A stretch of DNA of 64,000 bases from Oopsacas minuta (Eukaryota > Animalia > Porifera). Of the stretch, positions 1 to 11,362 are shown in pieces (the first letter of the stretch is position 1; the number at the start of each line of letters is the position of its first letter). Both the position numbers and the translations under genes were made by a program. The DNA is taken from positions 1 to 64,000 of the forward strand of contig JAKMXF010000356.1 of the NCBI GenBank assembly GCA_024704765.1, given 5' to 3'. The notes beneath the pieces were generated by a model that saw only the letters and a list, made by a program, of their open reading frames with translations, was not told where the DNA came from and did not search any database.

Positions 1-331
1 GTACCTTCGGTAAAAAGACCTCAGATAGTTTAGAAATTAATCACTTTCAAAATATATGTTTTCCAGAGAAATCAGCCAAAAAAGTGAAAAATTTTAGTTA
101 TCTGAGATTTTCCCAGGAAAATTAAGTTGTTTGAATTCAAGGTTGAAACTTCTCCGACCGAATAGATAGTCGATCAGCCAAATATATTCAGTCAACCGAA
201 TACCGAATACTGATACTCGGCAGCAGCCAATATTGGACTATTCAGTTGCAACATTGCCTGAAGTGCATTGCTAAAAGTATCTTTTGTGACAGTATAATCT
301 GAATTCATTAGTAGTAAACATAGTTTGTTAC

Positions 332-1613
332 CTGTATACAGAGTTGGCGCAAGAATTACAGTATATATACTTTTGGTTCCATCATTAAGTGTCGCTTCAC
401 AGCTGTATGAACCTGGATTAGCAGTGTTTATATACAAAGCACTAACTCCCTTGCTGGTACCCATTACATGAGGTAAGGTTGTTGCAATACCGTCTGCATT
501 AATGTACACCCAGTTAAATCTCAAGGTATCTTCTGTGCTCGCGAGGCAGTATATAGTTTGGCTTGTAGTTAGGATAGTGTTGTCACTTAAAGCTTGGAAA
601 AATGAGTTAATCACATCTTCTCCGAATGGGTCCACTAAATGATCATACATAACACTTTAACAATAATAGGAATTTTCAGCAAATTTTTTGATGCATTGAA
701 ATATTATATAATTCCTGGTTTAGTGCGTTCATATAAAACTGCGAATAGTATTTGTTTAGAATAGATTAAGGACCTTCTAGGTGCTACAGACTTGAATTTT
801 GATTACCTTGATAGATTCCAGATTTCAATAATGCTACTGTATACATCTTAGGTATCCCATTGTTTATCGTAGCCTCACACATATAGTAGCCCGGCTCATC
901 CAGCGGATATCTAACTCACTTTCACCGTGCGTATTAGGAGTGGGAATAATGATAATGTCACTATATCCACCTATGAAAGTAGAGCGCCAGGTTAAAGAGT
1001 ATGTTCCCTCCTCAATGCAGTATAGTGTAGTGTCTTTGGTTAAGATTGTAAAATCTCCCAAGCCTACTTCTGGATCAACACGTCCAAATCTGTCAACTAG
1101 AAATTGATATAATGATTAAAATATCAGGAATAATGCATCTAATAATATTAAATATTTTACCTTCAGAACTGCAAAATAAGCAGTGCTTAATGTCTTCACA
1201 TGAAATATCATACCAATAAGAGTCTGGAGTTATTTGTACACAGTCTTCATCTCCTGATCCCTCATTTGGCTGACCATAGCCCCAGTTTGTATAGCTAACT
1301 GAGCTGTCGTCAACCCACCCAAATGAATTCTCTGTAATTATGTCATTAAATCCTATCCAGCAATCTACGTAGCCAGTAGATACATCAGTGAGGCTGTACA
1401 ACACATCATTCTCTTCGCTGGAAGAAATAGAAGCTATTGTTTGAGGTGCTGTGCATAGAGCTTTAGAATTCTCCCAATTTATTCCGATCGCATTATTAAC
1501 ATAGTTTATACACTTTCCACTAGATGTAATTCCTTGGCATCCATTATCTGGAAGTCCAAAATTTGCACCTGGATATGAAAGAGTGTAATTAAGAGAATTT
1601 AGTTCTATGTTTC
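332..1613 (-). CDS. C-type lectin domain + tandem Ig-like domain protein (partial; 5' exons not found, 3' end probably beyond the left edge; 1-nt frameshift in first Ig exon)
   Basis: Phase-1 GT-AG exons 1161-1613 (CTLD: CWIGFND...YTNWGYGQPNEGSGDEDCVQITPDSYWYDISC), 807-1096 and 332-634 (two related Ig-like modules starting VDRFG/VDPFG with LYC...W...PG(Y/S)Y(M/S)CEAT). Confidence 0.75.
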
Positions 1614-3200
1614 CTGCAATATATTAGCGAAGCAAAGTATGATTTATACATTATACAGAACTTCCATGTATGAGTAACGCTTTGGTGTATAGTTAATATC
1701 CTGATGAACGAACTGTATTACACCGAACGTAACCTGTAATTCTATTCGTTGTTGATGTTCGTCAGGTGTATACATACGTATACTTATTTATCATATAATT
1801 AATCAATTTTTCACACCTTTTCGACAATAATTCAAATGTGTTCTAGATTTTGATTCAACGGTTAATCCGGGGAATATCTCCCCCTGGAAAAGGCGTTATT
1901 ATACAAAAAGGTTGAAAATCACTTCGTAGCAAACTTCCTGAGAAAACCACTATACAGGAAACATTATTTTTATTAGCTACAGAGCATTAAGTGCTCCTCA
2001 TTTTTTGTAATGTAGCTGTTTCATACTTATGCAAAACAAGTGACAAAGTTCAAGGATATTTCCGCCCGTCCCGCAGGGACCTAGCCAGCGAAGCGCGCTA
2101 GTTGTGTTTATAAACATATTTATGACTTGCATCCATTTGTATAAGGTAATTTTCGAATAATTACGTTACGTATAACCGTCCGTAGATTGATACAATATTC
2201 ATATATTATTGAGGTTAATATGCGAGCAAAGAGAGCTTAAGATTTACGGTTTGCAAACTGGGCCAATATTTCAGTGTATTGACATGATTTTCCAATACCA
2301 TTATGATTCCATATCATGCAATATATCCTGATGGAGGGATACGTCCCCCCCCCCCTGGATCTGCCAAGGGTCGCGTCTTGCCCGATTTCCATTATACAAT
2401 ATTATATCTAGTGAATACTCTACTGCGAAAAATTATCTACAAAATATATTACCTGAACATATTATCTGTGGAAGATGCAAAGTTAACAGCAAGATTGAGA
2501 AAATTAGCGATTTCATTCCACAGTTAGAATACTATCAGTACTATTCTAGTCTCAATGTATGTGAAATGAAGCGATCTATTCGATGGATTTGCTTACTTAT
2601 ATAGCTCATTCTAGCTCTGTGCACATATCAGGAGTCCAAAAGTTTTTAGGATCGAGAGTCATAAGCATCCCCAACTGAGTCAGAGTCACCAAATTCGAGG
2701 AAATATAGCGATTTAAGGGCCTCCGAGGACGTGGACTGAAATAGGAGTGCATATTTTTGTAAAATTATCTTGAAAAACATTACTGACTAGAAAGAATTTG
2801 ATGCTCCACAGGGCGGCAAAATGACTTTCATTTCTATTTTTGAAATACGTGTATTCATTAAGGGAATCAATTGTCCAAGTAAATACTCAAAGAGTCACAT
2901 CTGGCTAGTGATTCACACTTTGGGTACACGTATCAAGTTTTGTGTGTCAATCCCACTGTCTCATCAAGATTATACAATCGAATGTATATTGTATAAATGA
3001 CCTAACTCCTCCACTGCCCAGTTTTGCCCCCAATTATCAGCGCCTTGGTCCGCCCATGATGTTTGTTAATAATTCTGGATGAATAGAGGAATTTTCTTCG
3101 CCAGCTATTACTATTGCTATAGCGATTATTTCTATTGATTTATTGAAGAAACATATTTTCTGCTGAAAAATCCCTAGAAGGTAAAATTATGTGCTATTCG

Positions 3201-3326
3201 CAGGGACGGTGCCAGGATTTCAAACCGAGGACAAAATCTTATTATATAATTGGCAGTGGTGGTCTGAGGATCTGTCAGACCCGGGGCAAATGCCCCGTTT
3301 TTCCTCTCCTCCTGGCACTGCCACTG
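3201..3326. mobile_element. hAT-like MITE
   Basis: Imperfect terminal inverted repeats cagggacggtgccagg / cctggcactgccactg; flanks gctattcg / gctatacc resemble a decayed 8-bp TSD. Confidence 0.4.
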
Positions 3327-4199
3327 GCTATACCCCTAAAGTATACTATCAGATCCCAATTTTAAAGCTAGTAAAATATGTCAACACGGGTATGGAATAA
3401 AGGAGAGATCTAATAGGAATATCCGCATCCCGAGCTAGTGCAAATAAAACCTTCCACAACATAGTTTTGATATTTTAAACACTATAATTCGATATAATCA
3501 TACTTGTGTTTGCGTTATATGTATTTATCCTTACAAACCAATATATAGAGGAGCTTCAGGGGTGGATATTATTCAAGGTAATATGAAATATTAATTAGCC
3601 ACGTATATCTGTTCATAGAGATATCCAAGTGAGCAAAGTCTAATTACCTTAACTCTTAAGACCAAACTCGATATGATTAATTCACTAATCATATCAGTAG
3701 TAATTATATATGTTCTAGCTTTCCAACAGCCAATTTGATGTAGCAATATTCGTAATATTTCTTAATTTCATGTAGCTAAATAGGGATGTGCTGAAGTAGG
3801 ACATTTGTCTGTCTATGATTAATCTAGCAGTCCAATAGGTGGTGGCGTTAAAATTGGAAAATATGGGAGAATTTGTTAAATTTTTCATTCCATTTTAGTG
3901 ATTTTCACGCCATTCAACTTTAATTCATAATTGTCGATAATATTCGCTCGCCATAATATGAGTATTCGTAATAGTAGCATAACTTTACAAAACACAGAAT
4001 AAATACATAATTCAGAGATCAGTAAGGTTGATACATTGTGTGAAGTTGTAGATAGACAGCGTGGGATGAAGAAATCGATAATTTTCTAAATTGATATCTT
4101 AACTCATATGATGTTGATTTCCACAATTCATACTTAGTTGCTAAAAGGATTTCTGTATTAATTGCCTTAGTTTGAATTTATGTATATGTTGTGGAGGAT

Positions 4200-4770
4200 G
4201 TTGTCAATTCGCCAACATCGGGATGTTCTTTGGACTTCAGCTGCGTCCAACTTACTGATATTTTGTTCGATATAATAATAGTTATGCTACAGTTCATTAT
4301 TGCATGAAAAGAAGGCCGGCATGTTTATGATAATTTCTCTTATATTCCTAAACAAATTTCCAGAGAAGTGTACCTGTGGCTTTACAAATTATAATTCATT
4401 AGAAAAGCATTCATATTGTTGAGTGTAAGAATTTCTCACAAACATTAAAAGTCTACATACAATGTGCAATTTACTGCAGATGTTGAATTCCTGTGTTTTA
4501 ACGTGAAGACAACTATTAAGATTGCTAAGTTCACATGTAATTATTCATAAAGTTTTTTGAGTCAGAATTACCGACCGTGAAACACAAATTTATGAGAATC
4601 AATATGTTACCATCCAAAAAAGTGATAATGTTTATGCTCAAGAAGGTGTCTTAATTACAGTAATAGTATTCTTATTGCTCGTTATTGCTGCGATTTTAGC
4701 TGTTGCAATAATTGCAGTGTTCTGTATCAAGAGAAATCTCGCTAGGAATTCGGATAAAAGTCAAATCTGA
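4200..4770 (+). pseudogene. Degenerate 3' end of a single-pass membrane protein gene
   Basis: Open frame 4561-4770 (VRITDRETQ...GVLITVIVFLLLVIAAILAVAIIAVFCIKRN...SQI*) has a clear TM helix plus basic stop-transfer; upstream frames are protein-like but broken by stops; no start codon or convincing acceptor. Confidence 0.3.
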
Positions 4771-5246
4771 TAATTACAAGACTAACTCCCTCTCTGACTG
4801 TTAATCTACTAATCCTATTTACTCTCCTATACTCATAAACTCTTTTAACTTTCTTTCTGTTTTCTTGTATTACTCAATATGCTATCAACAGTGTAACCTC
4901 GTAAATACGAACACCAACGAACAATCAAAATTTGTTCGCTTTTACTGTAATTCATATTAACCAGAGGAATATGAGCCAATTTTGAATAATCATTATAGGA
5001 ACCTGATTTGTGTAAATATTGTTATCATATCTGGATATTCGTATTAAGGAAGTTCTACTGTATTCACTAGTGAAAGTGTTGACGTATGATTATCCATATT
5101 ATTTACCTTTTACACGCAATAATTTGTACTATTTATGGCCCAAATATTGAATTACATTTTAAACACTTAATAGGCAAATATCTGAAATTCTATAATAACA
5201 AAATCCTACAAATTTGATGGACTTACTTATCATTGAATTAAGAACC

Positions 5247-5987
5247 ATGGGTAATGCTGTTACACAGGACAATTTACAGCCAGGAGATGTTATATACAGA
5301 GACAATAAAGTCTTTGAATTAGCTAATCATTACGGCGTTTATATAGGAGATGAAGGGGTAATACATTTCTCATCAGATGGTATCAAATTAATGAGCTATG
5401 ATGAGTTCGCTAGTGGATATGAAGTGTCTCTTAAAAGGTAAATACAGTGGAACTTCGTTAATAAGAATTTCCGGGTATGAAGTCAGGTAAACCTCAAAGC
5501 AGCAGTTCTGAAACACGACAACCTCTGAAGACCCGGTACAAGTGCTGTTCCCAAGAGTGCAGCATTTCGGAGGTTTACCTGTACTCTGGTTATTACAAAT
5601 TCAGGATAAAGAGAACAAATTTGACCCGCCCGTTGATCTTGGTATTAACGAGGTTCCAAATAAAACCTGTGTCTTGTTGACGTTTACTGTATTTACATAT
5701 TTAGATATGATGCCACACACCCCAGAGAACAAATAGTAGAAGTAGCAAGATACTATCTTAAACACCCAGAAAAATGGGACGACTACAGCCTAGTTTTTAA
5801 TAATTGTGAACATTTCGCTTCATTTTGTGCTACTGGTAAGAAGAAATCTGGTCAGGTTCAAAAAGCAGTTGTGGCAGGAGCAGTAGGTGTTGGTGTCGGA
5901 GTGGCACTCACAGTGGTGGCAGGTGGGCTCTTTATAGCAGCGAACGGAAAAGAAGACAACGATAAGAAAAAGGAAAATTATGTTTGA
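5247..5987 (+). CDS. PLAAT/HRASLS-LRAT family (permuted NlpC/P60) phospholipase/acyltransferase
   Basis: Exons 5247-5437 and 5705-5987 join in frame; motifs LQPGDVI, HYGVYIG, VIHF and NNCEHFASFC (catalytic His/His/Cys); Gly-rich hydrophobic C-terminal segment. Confidence 0.9.
5443..5658. mobile_element. Tc1/mariner-like MITE with a second inverted-repeat element nested inside (PLAAT intron)
   Basis: Outer TIR tggaacttcgttaata / tattaacgaggttcca, preceded by TA-CAG; inner perfect 12-bp inverted repeat caggtaaacctc (5484) / gaggtttacctg (5581). Confidence 0.55.
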
Positions 5988-6171
5988 GAACTTTTCAGAG
6001 TATTTTGCAATTTTGCTTTTGTGTCAATATAATAATCACATTACATACAAATAGCTCAAATATAATACTAATCTTATAATGCCAGAAGGAATATAAACAA
6101 CAACAAAGCCTGTTAATAGATATATACATTCAAAATGAAGGACAATAAATACACCAGTTAGCAGGGGGCAG

Positions 6172-9100
6172 TTAATGAGGGGGGTTTAGGGTGTGAATCC
6201 AAGAAATGGGTACCCATTGAGGCTCATTCTTCAAACGAACTGAAATTTGGTAAATATGATCAGCTGTTTTTTCTGATACTAAATTAGTTATGACCTCATC
6301 AAAATACCCGCCAAATTCCTGGGATATTTCGAGACTAGCGGATATAATGGAGGTTATTTGTTTGTCTTTTGAACCTTGGTCCGAACGGACGCGTCTGAAA
6401 GCTCCCTTTTGTGTCTGTTTAAGCTGTTCACGTAGTATCGCAGGCTGGGGAGCTGCCAGGAATATAACATAGGGCATTAGATTGGTTTGATTTCGTATGA
6501 ATCGCATAGAATCAGGGGTTAAAGCTTGTATACAATACTTTCCACTCTCCACAACGACCTGCATGGAGGTAGCGGCTACACCGTACATATGAGACCCGGT
6601 CTCCCATGGGTCCAAGATTATTTTCTGACCAGCGGACTGTTCGAAGACCCTCCGGCTCGTGAAATGATACTCGATTCCTTTCTTCTCATGAGATTTCGCC
6701 GGGCGAGACGTATGATAAATTGGGAGACAAAATATATGCGGGTATTTATCCAACACGGACTGTATCACACGTTTATGTCCAACACCCGAGGCGCCAACCA
6801 CGATTATGGGACGGGGTTTAGAGTTCGCAGTAGGTGTCAAAAGTCCCACTTCTTCATAAGTCACAACGTCCTGTGTCAATTGTATATTACTGGAGTCAAT
6901 ATTCAAATCTGATTTCTTTTTTTTCTTCGACTTTGGCCATCTGATCTTTTTCTTAGACTTGCCGCCTGGTTCGGGGACCTCTCCAGGGAGGAGATCATTC
7001 GGGTCTTCCTTCTTTTTCGCAGGAATGAGGCCTGGGACTGCTTCGGGGGCATCGGCCAGCTGTTTGGCTTCCCACCATTCATCATCGTGACAGGACAATA
7101 ATCTTAAAATCTCTCCCTTATTAAAGGGTAACAAGACATCAATAAAGGAACAATCCGGTACTTGCTGAGCTGAAAAATCATAAAATGGACGGATAAATAT
7201 CTCCTTTTTGTCAGCCCCCAAACAAGGAACAATTAAGAACACAATCATTGGACCAGTCTGCGATAAAATGAAGTTCATCACATGTTCAGAAGATCGCCCC
7301 CTAACTGTCTTCCCATTCACCTCAAGGATCTCATCTCCCGGATGTAGCCGGCCACATTTCTCAGCATCTGAGTGTTTCAGTGTCCCTGTCACAATTATAG
7401 AGTCTCCGACCTTATTAACAGTACAACCCATCTGTTTATGGGACTTACGGACCAATACGATACGCGCATTGATACCCTTGCCCCCATAAACTGTCCTACT
7501 TATGGGTCGTTGGTACACAGAGGAGCTGCGAGAATTCTCCCGTGTGTGCAGGTCAATAAGTTGCAGGGCAGAGGCTACAGACCCTGATCTAGCCGCACTG
7601 TCGATTCGGAATTCTCTAGAATTTGTTCCTTCTAACAAACCTGAACTTGAGACACTTCTGGAAATATTCGGGGATAATTTGCCAGGAGAGTGAAGAGGAG
7701 TTAGCCCGCTATGTGGATATAAAGGAGACGGGAAAGGTGTGAAGAAATCAATAGTAGCAATTCTATCGTGTGACACAAGAGTATGAGTTAGATTGAGAGA
7801 TGAGAGGAGATATATTAGCTCGGTTCGATCAGGGTCTGAACCAAATTTGTTCCTCAAGTCTTTGATACAGTCCCCGAGGAGGTGAGCACTGTTGGTGATT
7901 TTCGGGAAAGGGTCTTCTGATCGTTTTAGGGATTCTCTTGCTCTGTTCATTCTTTTACATATCTTATAAGCGGGAATGATATCTGGGTCAGATAGGAAGC
8001 TGTCCAACACCTGTAGCTCCCTCTGTTCCAATTCGGGACCGTATTTGTCTCGTAACTGTCTCATTGTCTCTAGGACCTTAAAAGAATAAAATGATAACAA
8101 GACCTAATCTGATAGGTCAAACTTTAACTACTAAAAGGTGTGAAATTATTAACTTCACAACATTCCATAGCTGAGGTACATATCTACACACCAAAATGTA
8201 TCCATGTACCAATTTTCATGTCAATTGGACCAAGAGATTCCTCAGGACAGCGCGGACGGATATCGCCCCTCCTATAGAGCATATCCCAATAGGACCTCAC
8301 TCATACTATTACATACACTCCGCCAGAATCAATAGAAAGCTAGTATGCTCAACCAAAATGGCTAAAATGAAATTTTATGATATGTGTGAAAATATCAAGG
8401 TTGCAAACAGAATAGTTCAATGTTCGGTTAGGTTGCTATTCATGAATACTGATATTCAATCTGATCGGTTTCAACCTTGGAAAAGTTTCTAATGTCAGGT
8501 GTACAACTAGAGGTAACTACGAGTATACATGCGAAATTTGGTGTCTCAATCTCTAAAGGTGTGAACAGGATATTGTCGCTAATTTATTATATAGTGACTA
8601 TACTACACACAGTAATACTTACCATCTGCATAGAGTTAACATGTTGCTTCCTTGGTACTTCATGAATTGTACTAAGCATTGAATCCTCTTGCAACTGAGA
8701 AACATCAGATATCCCCGAGTACAGCTGATGAGCCGCTAGCTCGTCACGAGGCTGATATCTGATTGGTTGAGGGCCGGTTGCAGCTGGGATGATCGGACAA
8801 TGAGGCCAGGAATGTCTCCCCTGTGATGAATCGTCAGTATGTGGAGCAAGGTGTCGACAACTCAAGTAGCGGATAGGTGGCGCGTAGGAAGAGTGATTCA
8901 TGTATGGGGGCTGTGAGATACGTATCGACCCTAGAGGTAGATCTGTGTATGTACGGTGTAGTTCAGGTGCTACGGGCCTTGTCACACGACTAATATTAAG
9001 AGTCACACTTCTATATCGAGCAGCCTCTGTTAATAACTCCTTCAGCTGATTGCGGGACAGCTGATCACATGCTCTGCCATTTATAGAGGACACTTTATCA

Positions 9101-10382
9101 CCTACTTGTATGTCCTCGTTTATAGCAGGTGCTCCGTCTACCTGTGTGACGAATATGATTAATTAACACCTTTCAAATACAGGCCCACATGACCTCGGTC
9201 CCAAATCTTCACCAATGGCTCCATAGACTACATGGCAGGTATTTGTTAACCGTTGTAATAGGGTCAACAAAAACAAACAAATAAACAAATAAACAAATAC
9301 CTTCTCCACAATAGCACCTTCCCCTAGTATTAATCCAAAGGTGTATTGAGTTGGTCTTAAGCTTAGTTTGATAGGGAACTCTATCCTACTCGAGGAGGGC
9401 AGATTAGAGGACCGTTGTCTTTGAGCTGAAAGGTGTTTCTGCTGGTACATGTACTCTACTGTTGGTTGAGGTGCTGTGGAGTTCCTTGGACGGAATGAGG
9501 GGTCAATGAGTTGGATAGGGGGACCCTCAGATGAGTTGTCAGGAGTACGACTTAAGCCTATTGGAATGTATTAATCAACCAATAGAATATCAGCCTCAAA
9601 ACTAGATAAACCCTCAAATCTGATAGGCCGGACACATTAGTCACCTTTACTCATAGATATGTGAATATTTCAATTAGATATTTATACATTTTCCTAGATT
9701 TATCACATTCCACAAGCATGCCAAATTTCTAGTTTGTAACTATGGTATTCTTACCAGAATCTCCACTTTCCGGAATTGATACTTGTTCAATCTGATCGTA
9801 GTCATTAGGAGGTAGAAAATGTTCCTCTCGTGAAAAGGAACCCATGTACCCCCTAGAGTCACTATTCGAGAATATGTCCTGTCTATCATTTGGAGAGGGT
9901 GGCTCTATGTCTCTTGTGTCGATATTTATGGCATGACCACTTGACACGTGTGTTAGAGTTACTGGACTCACAAATACTCGGTTTTGGAGATGGTTAGGAT
10001 GATGAAAATTCTAAAAGGATATTTTTAACTTCCAAATTCTACAAGAAACCCAAGGAAGAGTTTGAAAATCGGGGAAATATTTGAAAACGATAAGCCCATA
10101 ATTACTATCTTTGATATCTAGAAAAGTTGATGACAATCCCTGACATAGCAAATAAAATCCCGGTAAGCGTTTGACCGACGATTAGTCACTCACAGTTTGA
10201 TAGATGTTGCTAGGTGGATTGGTATTCACTATATCTCCAATTTGGTATCTAGGGCTAGGGAAGGGTCTATTTTGGGGTATCTGTCCTTGAAGAGAATCAG
10301 GCCTCTGGAAATTATTGGCTTTATTAAGACTGAATCTTAGTTGTGTCTGGGCAGTAACATCTCTTCCATATATTGAATCCAT
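6172..10382 (-). CDS. p55-family MAGUK (MPP5/PALS1/Stardust- or MPP7-like): PDZ-L27-L27-PDZ-SH3-HOOK-GK; 5' end uncertain
   Basis: Last exon 6172-8076 encodes two L27-like helical segments, PDZ (KQMGCTV...GRLHPGDEILEVNG), SH3 (LPFNKGEILRLLSCHDDEWWEA), basic HOOK and GK (IIVVGASGVG...HTSRPAKSHEKKGIEYHF). In-frame upstream exons 8623-9141, 9301-9557, 9755-9961; phase of the 10182-10382 exon not resolved. Confidence 0.85.
8440..8568. repeat. Dispersed unclassified repeat family (probable non-autonomous DNA transposon)
   Basis: Alignable by eye with 35830-35985 and 57690-57846 (all end ...aaaggtgtgaacag); related fragments near 15480-15560 and 37715-37790 (ttctaatatccaagcgata...gacctatca.atttgagggtt). 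Confidence 0.6.
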
Positions 10383-11362
10383 CCCATCAAACCTGTGTGA
10401 TAAATATACGCACAGTCAACTTCCGGTTATATCGAAAGACCAGCTAATATCCAAGTGTGAAATCGTATAAATATGGTTCAATAACATACAGTCAACTCCT
10501 GTTGTATCTAAGCTTAAGGGACTGTGATAATTACTTTGATTTAATATAGTTCGAACTGGAAGTGTTGGGAACATATTTTCCAATTTCTAACTTCGATATA
10601 ATGGGAGTTGACTGGCTATTCATTAACATTCCTATCTCCTATATCGTTGCCAAGAATATGATAAACCTCACTTTCAAATCGTGTACAACAAACAAACCTA
10701 AAAACGTGTAAAATGAAGTTAGAAATCCAAAAATATAAATTCTAATGAATTATAAGTGACTTATAGGCTCTGAATAATTTCTCATAATTGTGTAAGTATT
10801 CACACGAATATTTATGTAACTATTACGAAGAAGATTGCTATGTGGTGAGATACAAAATTGGAATCAGAAATTGGACATATTGTAAGATGGCATTACTTCA
10901 TAATTAGGTACAGATTGGGCTTCGTATGGCTTAGAAATAGTATTAATAATACAAATAACAAATATACAAGTCAACAACATACATACAAGAATGTGTTAAA
11001 GAAAATAATAGAAATATAGAAACTGCATTCTGGGGCTATTGGAACAGGCACAGACGGAACTAGGGACATTTTGGGTTGGCATTTGTCCACTCAGATTGAC
11101 TCATCTCCACCCACTTTCGGCGTCCCTGGAGATGAAAACTGCTGAATTGTCCCTTTGTTTTATAGCCATTGCTAAGTCGCGCGGAGACCCGCTAATTGGT
11201 ACCCTCCTCCAGCTTTTTTGTTCAATTTCACCCACGTGTCACCCTATTACACCGTTTTGTAATACAAAAAGAATCGGGTTGTGCCACTTTGCATACCACC
11301 CTCTCCTTGTAGAGTTACGTAACCGTATGAACGATACGTAACCTCTCTTATTGTCCACCAGT

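Noticed and set aside
2060-2102. Possible Helitron 3' end (GC-rich stretch, gcgaagcgcgCTAG-T)
   Set aside because: No convincing hairpin pairing, 5' TC end or second full copy in the window.
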